A stretch of DNA of 56,714 nucleotides, filler included, from Jimgerdemannia flammicorona (Eukaryota): NCBI GenBank assembly GCA_003990765.1. It is 3 parts of 3 records of this genome, joined end to end, with 100 filler letters (N's around TTAATTAATTAA, not from the genome) between each part and the next. Parts side by side here need not be neighbours in the genome. Positions count along the whole stretch, not along the records: positions 37,878 to 56,714 come from RBNJ01002097.1; 2 more parts are not named here. One strand, 5' to 3'. This document shows positions 49,591-56,714 of the stretch, piece after piece. How positions within the stretch are numbered: the stretch's first letter is position 1; each line of letters opens with the position of its first letter. The notes beneath the pieces are model-generated. The model saw only the letters and a list, made by a program, of their open reading frames with translations, was not told where the DNA came from and ran no database searches. The position numbers and the translations under genes are program-made.

Positions 49591-51606
49591 ATGATCATCA
49601 AAAGAGGGAGTATTCAAGGTGGAAACATACTCTCTGCTGACAATGTTAGATTCTTTCTTATATGGACAGCACACAAGCTGCTTATCGAGAGCCAAAGGGG
49701 CGACGGTGGTGGCAGTGGCGATGGCGATAGTGGGAATGAGGGAGAATTCCGGCAACAACTCATGGTGGCCCTTCAGACCTCGGAATTCACAGACCTCACA
49801 GCTATGTATGCGGCAGCCTTTTTGGAGCAGCTGATAGTAGATATAGGTTGCTCACTTGGCCGCCACTTGTTTACTTGTATTTATTTAAACTTCCCCAGCA
49901 TGACTCAATTCACCTCATACTTTTCTTAGGGTCCACAGCTCTATGGCGAGATCTGCCGACTTTATTCGCAACATCTGGTCAAGATGAAGAAAGGCTGGTG
50001 GACATTGTGGGGCATACCTTTGGTGGCTGAGCTGTTGAGTCAATGCATCGCGTGACAGAGGTCTCAAAAGGAACAGAAGCAAGCCTTCGTGAGCAATTCT
50101 TATGCAACTTGTGCAACTCGTCAGTGTGCAACTCATCGGCATGTAGCTCACTCACTCATGCTCTTTTTCTGAAATACCCATCTCCGTGTTTTATTTAATT
50201 TCATTTTTACGTAGTCTCCCCCTAAAAAACACCCACACCTGCACACAACCTGCATGCAACCCGTCCACACGCAACTCGCCTGCATGCAACCCGCCCACAC
50301 GCAACCTGCCCACAACTCGCCCGCATGCAACCACCTGCATGCAACCCATCTGCATACTTATCTCGGTCCCTCAGATCAGGGCTCAGTTCCATTGAAAAGG
50401 AGAGTTCAAAGTTACCTGAGTTCAACCACGTCCGGCGTCTGATCAAATAGAGAAATTCGAGGGCAAGATGTTCAGCATGAGCAGTACCAGTACTGTTATC
50501 AAGGCTTGGGGGTCTACATTCGAATCAGAGTCAATCGTACTCAACCAAGGGGTCCATTGGCCAGCAGAAGTTACCAACGATGAAGAGAACCATATCTTTA
50601 TTAATGAACATAGAGAGGTGGTTGCGATGCTGGTAAGGAACCTCTATGGTGACAAGCTTCACTGCCACATCAACGAGATTTGTGAGGATTGCGTCAAATA
50701 CCAGGTGGTGGGAAAGAGGGGGTGAAAAAAGCAATGAGGGGGGGTTTGGATGGGAATTGGGTATACTGCAACACTGGCGAAGGGTGGGTTCCGGAGTTCC
50801 GAAATCCCCCGCACTTGTCTCCCTTTTTTTTTAACCCCTCCCCAGACAAATCACACTCTTCGCCGACATACTCTTTTTGATACAATTCCAGGGATGTACA
50901 AGATTCTGTACCCCTACTGGAACTTTAGAAGTGCCGTCGAAAAGCAAACTGCGCACGAGCACGATACGGCCTGTGCGGCAATGGCGGCTATGATCTGGGG
51001 TTCTTTGAGCAGATTGGTAGAGCATACAGCAGGCCAGCTTAGTGGTGATCTTGGTGTGGCTGTACGTATGTTCTTGGCACAATTTAGCGTGCCATATGAG
51101 GTGAGGAGCTCTGCTTTTTTGGGATGCTGCAGCCTGGGGGGTTTCTGCAGCCTGGGGGGTTTCTGCCCCCCCAAACGCAAAAAGGACTGACCAGTTGCTG
51201 TCTGTTTTGGCAGGTTTCCAAGCCGGGGCTCCTGGGGCTGGACCAAGGGCAGGCATCCACCAGCACAGCCTGGCAGTATGAGGTCCTGGGCCAAGGGTTC
51301 ACCCAACCATATGCTTGTGTCACATCAGGATATGTCGGGCACAACCTTTCTCTGCCCATACACACAGACAACAATGTCACCCTGGTAATGTTTTACATCT
51401 CAGAAAGGAAGGGCCCAACCTGGGAGGATAGCGGCAGAGTCTGGTACGACCTCACCTATGGTTTCAGGGTCCTATTTGTGGCCAACACGGCCATACTATT
51501 CCAACCACATGACCACCACGGCACCGTCACCTTCGAGGAAAGCTCAGACACAATAGTTGTCGCACTCACAACGGATGATAGGCTCATCAAGGCCTGGGAC
51601 CGGTAG
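49591..51606 (+). CDS. TET/JBP-like 2OG-Fe(II) dioxygenase cargo gene, spliced; 5' exons carry TGA stops
   Basis: Phase-0 exons 50375/50468-50704, 50846-51100 and 51214-51606 join into a 294-aa open frame from Met 50468; HTD at 51361-51369; YDLTYGFRV...NTAILFQPHDHHGT with distal His at 51517; the 5' exon structure is uncertain. Confidence 0.75.
50240..50350 (+). repeat. Short tandem repeat (cctgcatgcaacccgcccacacgcaa) in a putative intron of the cargo gene
   Basis: Visible reiteration ending before the acceptor at 50374. Confidence 0.65.
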
Positions 51607-51904
51607 GTGGAGCAGTTTTTGTGAGGGTTAGGCAATCTTTTATGAGAGTTAGGCAGCCATTTTGTGCAGGTTGGGCAGTCTTATATGGGGGGGTTGGGCT
51701 GGGTGCCTCTTATGTAGCACTAGCTTAGCCGTTATGCAAGGCCCTACTGGTCCCTCGGCCCTGCTCTATAGTGCTACCAGTGCAGCGCTGCGGCGCAGGG
51801 CTGGGGTGCCCGTGGGACCCGAACTGGTGACTTCGACTGCCAGAAATGCCCTCTGACTACCAGAAGCACCCTCCGACTGCCAGAAGCACCCTCTGCCCCA
51901 GACT

Positions 51905-52390
51905 TCTTGGTGGCTTAGGGCTGCCCCTATGCCACTGGCAGAGGGCTGCAAATTTTGTGCGCTCTCTCCACCTGCCCCACCAGTCCCGGACACTTGTGGC
52001 TTGGGGCTGCCCCTTGCTGCCAGCGGAGGGCCACAAATTTTTGCGTGCTCTCTCTGCCGACCCTGCACCTGCCAACTGACCCCGCCCACTGATCTGGGCA
52101 CTGACAGCTTGGGGCTGCCCCTCACTGCTGGCGGAGGGCTGCAAATTTTGCACGCTCCCTTTGCCTACCCCCCTGACCCAGATACTTGCGGCTTGGGGCC
52201 GCCCCTTGCTGCTGGCGGAGGGCCGCAAATTTTGCATGCTCCCTCCGCTGACCTGCTCACTGACCCACCAACCCGCCCACCGACCTGTCCACTGACCCGG
52301 GCACTGGCAGCTTGGGGCTGCCCCTTGCTGCTAGCTGAGGGCCACAAATATTGCGCACTCCCTTCGCCGCCAACCCTGCCCCACTTTGGC
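51905..52390. repeat. Array of five GC-rich ~55-bp hairpin-forming units with variable spacers
   Basis: Core gcttggggc(t/c)gcccct..ctg...gcggagggc..caaattttgc at ~51913, 51999, 52107, 52191 and 52310. Confidence 0.88.
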
Positions 52391-52496
52391 CGCAAACTCT
52401 GGGTTGAGTCCTCAGGTTTTTTTTCCTTTTTTATTATTTTGAAAGGTGTTAAATATTCCATAAGGCCAACCAACTTATCCGCAGACCTGCCAAATT

Positions 52497-55082
52497 TTAG
52501 TGGCCCAAGCCCCACCAAGACTTCAGACACATACATGCCCAGATTGTCTCATCATTCAGCGCACACCTCTTTGGGGCAATGAGGTCCACCCCACCTGAGA
52601 ACACCCGCTCGATGGGAGCACTGGAGGCAGGAATCGCCAGATAGTCCCGAGCCATACCACACAGACTGGGGAAGTCTGTTTGATGCAGCTACATACTCTG
52701 GTAGGTAGAGCGGTGGTTAGATTGGTGGGTTAAATTGGCCCAATGCCCACCTGACAACCCACCTTCCACCAGTTGAGCACCTCCGTGCCCTCCAGCAGGA
52801 CCATGTGGTCGCTGGCGAGGTAAATGGTAAGTTCGTCTATTGACGGCAGCTCTTCCACTGATGGCTCCCTCTTCCTCTTTCTGCCGAAGTAAATGTGGGA
52901 CAAGAGGGATCCCTCGGCATATTCATCTAGACTTCGGCCAGAACCTTGCAGCAGTGCGTAGTTTTTCTGGTATACTTCAATTACGGCCTGCTTGGTTCTC
53001 TCAATAAAGTACTGCTCTCAGCCCTGATCTTTATGGTATTGTAGCTTTAAGCATGGGTCCAGTACTGTTCGAAGAAAAGGAGAGTGAGTTTTTGCGAGGT
53101 TTTCTCTGTTTTGGAAGGGGCAATGGCCACACACTGACATCGACATACCTATACTAATTGAGTATACGGTGGTATCTGTTTGGGAGTAGTATTTTCTAAG
53201 CTTACTTAGAGCAACCTCCACGGCATCTCTCTGATCTGGGCTTAACCATAAATCACCGCAACCCTCCAGCCAGTCCTCGAGCTTGTCCTCTAGCCGGTCA
53301 ATCAGAAGGTTATATACTGGTATCGCAGAGCTTATTGTTGGGGTCATTTGTTTGACTATATCCTTCATACAATCATTGAAACATTGGCAGTTATATGTAG
53401 TGAGGTGTTGCATTGTGTGGAGGCAGACAAAATGAGTATGAAGCCAAAGCAACCACCACTTACTTCCAAAACTCTGACAACATTCCTAAGTACATCCCAC
53501 TCACTTTCACTTAGAGCCTCAGCCCATATTTCCTTGTTAGCAGCCATCATTGAATCTATTGGCTTTTTTTTTTTTTTTTTTTTTAAAATAAATCTTCCAT
53601 CATCTGAAACAGTTGCTTCAGCCAACCAAAGAAAAAAAGGATGCATACCACAACAAACTCCAGCATGTGCTGGATCATTGCAAATGTTGAGTTCTAATGC
53701 GTACAGATGTCCAATATAAGCTCTTTCGGGGCTAAGCTGATTGCCCTACACTGCACAGCGAATTTGTCTCATCATTGTGGGGACAATCAGACTGACACAA
53801 CCAGTTTGCACAGCTTGGAAATTATACTCAGGGCCCCTCCTCTCTCGGATGTTTTGTCTATGTATGTAAGATAGTCCTGAACAGCGAGGTTCAGTACATG
53901 GGCATGGTATCGCACATAGCAGCTTTCTACACTGAAGGCCACGTTTTCCTGTTTAAGGCTGGCTACTAAAACTTGAAAAAATGTTGAGTTGTTTGTGGTA
54001 TTGTCCATCATAATGGCCAAAATCTGTACTTGAAATATTTGGTTGACAAATTTATGTGAAAATAAGCAACCAATAAAATCTGGTTTGGTTTAGGACCTCC
54101 CTCAAAATGCCGACCTGATGGCAAGCCCCCCTTTTTTACCTTGGTGGTGATCCCAAGCTCCCGAATATAACTAATAAAAGCATCTGCGATGTTGTCTCCA
54201 GAATGAGGGCCAGCAAGTTTGATGAAGTCAAGGGTGAGAGATTTAAGCTGCCAATCGAGGTCAATCCAATGACCGGTAATGCCCAGAAACGAAATTGCAT
54301 TGGGGGATGTCCATGTGTCGATCGTAAATAAAATTTTGCCTGCCAAATTCTGCTTATTGAATGTGAGGTTAAATTGGTGAGCTCTTTTATATAATTCAGC
54401 TTGCAAAGATCACGGTGCTGCCCTTATTTTACCTGAAGTGTCTGGTAGAGATTATCGTACTCCTTCCTATAGGCCTCTAGGACATCTTTGCGAATAGTAT
54501 CAGCACTTGGCAAATATAAATCATGCTTGAGGAGGCCAAAGATGCTATGCAATTGATCACTCTCAATAGTTGTGAATGGCTGATCTGTACATACAATCCA
54601 GTAAATGAGCTGATTTCGAAATTCTGCCAAAGAGTATGGCTAAATATTTTTGATTAAATGGCATTGTTGGTACAGAAATGGTAGGGCAATCGGATAAACA
54701 TACCCACTACAGCTTGGATGTCGATTTTATTTGTCTCCGTGTTCTTTTTGATTTTGTTAGAGTGCTTGTCTTTTATGTATCGATTCATGGTCGAAGTCGT
54801 ACCCCCAAGCATTTTGAACTTCTGGCTGGTGCAGTTCATGGGGGTGGATGAAACAATATCATGTGTATGTCAAAACAATATCATATGTGTGTCAAAACAA
54901 AGTGTTAATAGGTATGTCTTAATTTTTTACCTGTAATAATTACAAATAACATCATCTCCTATCTTAGTACAATATTGCCAGATTTTGGAGCAAGAATTGT
55001 GTGGAAGGTGTGGAACTATCAGGGATGTTTGACTTGAAGCATCATTGGTACTGTGAACTGTTGAAGACTGATCTGTTGACAT
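52497..55082 (-). pseudogene. hAT transposase, multi-exon, with inactivating changes
   Basis: BED finger SKIWQY...C..TTSTMNRYIKDKH; QPFTTIES; FTIDTWTS; MDNTTNN; RYHAHVLNLAVQ (CxxH mutated); TH*NSTF (decayed TRWNST); LDPCLK; dimerisation motif MARDYLAIPASSAPIERVFS; GT-AG introns. Confidence 0.93.
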
Positions 55083-55199
55083 GTGTGTTTACGTGTTTGT
55101 GTGTACATGTGTATACATGTGTGTGTATATGTGTATATGTATACATGTGTGTGTATGCGTGTGTGTATATTGTGTTGTGGACACGTCTGGCATATGAGT

Positions 55200-55580
55200 C
55201 ATGTGGAGGATTTGGATTGGAGGATTCAGTTGAAAGATTCAGATGAGAATTTGGATTAAAGGATTCAAATTGGAGGATTCAAATTGGAGGATTTGGATTG
55301 AGTGATTTGGATTGAGTGATTCGGATTGAGTGATTCGAATTGAGTGATTCGGATTGGGGTGGTTCGGATGGGTGATTCAGATGGGTGATTCGGATGGGGC
55401 GATTCGGATAGGGCGATTCGGATTGAGTGATTTAGATTGAGTGATTCGGATTGGGGTGGTTCGGATGAGTGATTCAGATGGGGTGATTCGGATTAAATCC
55501 GAGTTGATTCGGATGGTTTCGGATTTGAGATTCAGATCAAACCATCATGTGATGAATCGAATCTGGATTTGATTCGAATT
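55200..55580. repeat. hAT subterminal tandem repeats (right), 13-14-bp ggattgagtgattc / ggatgggtgattc units
   Basis: Directly visible tandem array next to the TIR. Confidence 0.85.
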
Positions 55581-55749
55581 GACTCGTTCAGAGCACTAAT
55601 TATATTATATTATATTATATTATAAATTTATTCTCAATAATTAGAGTCTAATAAATTATTATTAGAAAACTAAAAGTAGAGCTATATAAACTATAAAACT
55701 AAAATCAAAACTGGACTAGAAGATTTTAAAAGTACCATAATATATGACT

Positions 55750-56588
55750 GTTTCATCGTCAGTTGGTACGCGTGACGTCATATTTAGCAATCGTGCTCGT
55801 GAAAAAATTATAACAGACTGCCCATAAATAGGTGCAAGCATTTCATTTTGCGCTTTCTTCAAGCGTTTCCTCTTGCTCATCTTAAACTACGTTCGCACTG
55901 TTGCACTCAATGGTAAGTCTTTAACTGCGTCCTCAACTATTAACATACCAGTCTCATAAACAGGAAGACTGTGTGAACACCATTGCTGCGATCTTACCAT
56001 CATTCACTCGATCATTTACCTCCCCTACCATCACATTATTCACACGCGTATACTAGTCAAAACATTGAAGTCATGCAACTACTGTCGTACGCAACGCTAC
56101 GTTCACCCGTCATTCACTCGCATCTGTACACACTAGTCAACACAAATACTGTCGTGCGCAACACTACGCTCAACCTTTCAAGTATGTCATTGTACCCCCG
56201 ACCATTTAACGACACACTAATCTCATTAACAGGAAGAATGTATAAACACAATGCGCCGCTGTAACGAACTAACATCGCGACCTACCATCAATTCACTCAA
56301 ACGTACACACACACACACACACACACACGCGACCGAAGTTTGTTACTTTCGGGTAAGCCTCCCTAGTGTGTTTATATATATATATATATTCTCAGCTTGT
56401 GATATGGGTATTTTGCACTTCCACCTTACCATTGCTTACTAATCATTTCAACGCTTTTTCCTGCCATCGTTTCTCGACTCTCTCCTATTGTGTTCTTCAC
56501 GTGTTACGTTTATTGACTTTGTCGCATACTCCACCAATATTTTACGCACTTGACACCTAACGTTTTTGTGCTTTCCGTTTTCCTGCAA

Positions 56589-56621
<33 letters not shown>

Positions 56622-56714
56622 GATCCTGTCGTCTCGTTTTCATTTCTCTGGCGCCAAACGGCCGTTCTCATTGTAAAGTTGAGTAATTTTCATACTGTTC
56701 GATGGTGTAGATAG
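55750..56714 (+). promoter_or_regulatory. CpG-rich non-repeat DNA; possible host promoter and spliced 5' leader
   Basis: ACGCGT overlapping TGACGTCA (55768-55780); TATA-like cataaata ~55823; candidate introns 55913-55963, 56182-56232 and 56353-56621. Confidence 0.4.
56305..56328. repeat. (AC)n microsatellite
   Basis: Visible dinucleotide run. Confidence 0.9.

Larger units (their letters stand above)
49230..55598 (-). mobile_element. Complete hAT DNA transposon (6369 bp) with a cargo gene
   Basis: TIRs tagtgctccgaacga / tcgttcagagcacta; 8-bp TSD attatatt (49222-49229 / 55599-55606, inside an (ATATT)n tract); subterminal repeats; hAT transposase. Confidence 0.93.

Noticed and set aside
51905..52390. 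CRISPR array
   Set aside because: Repeats are long and degenerate, spacers resemble each other and vary widely in length, there are no cas genes, and the context is eukaryotic
51662..52582. ORFs of 119-217 aa as a third cargo gene
   Set aside because: They arise from the GC-rich repeat array, are open in several frames on both strands and give repetitive translations
55983..56560. Host CDS at the right end
   Set aside because: Short ORFs with non-ATG starts or microsatellite-derived sequence and no recognisable domain

Overview
Eukaryotic, most likely fungal, transposon graveyard: short GT-AG introns with CTRAY-type branch sites, no prokaryotic genes. It contains nested L1/Tx1-like LINEs, three dUTPase-carrying Ty3/Gypsy elements, a decayed Ty1/Copia element, solo LTRs, a 1.2-kb non-autonomous LINE-tailed element in two copies, a hAT MITE and two 100-nt assembly gaps. 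Most repeats are strongly CpG-depleted and carry many C>T/G>A changes, including CpA>TpA. The main finding is a complete 6.37-kb hAT DNA transposon (49230-55598; TIRs plus 8-bp TSD). Besides its intron-containing transposase it carries a convergent spliced gene resembling fungal TET/JBP 2OG-Fe(II) DNA dioxygenases (HxD...H), with a GC-rich hairpin repeat array between the two genes. The element keeps many CpGs while its neighbours do not, which makes it a candidate self-demethylating, anti-silencing transposon. The second finding is that two unrelated long LTR families each encode an apparently homologous helical-domain plus acidic-tail protein inside U3. All family assignments come from reading motifs by eye; no searches were run.
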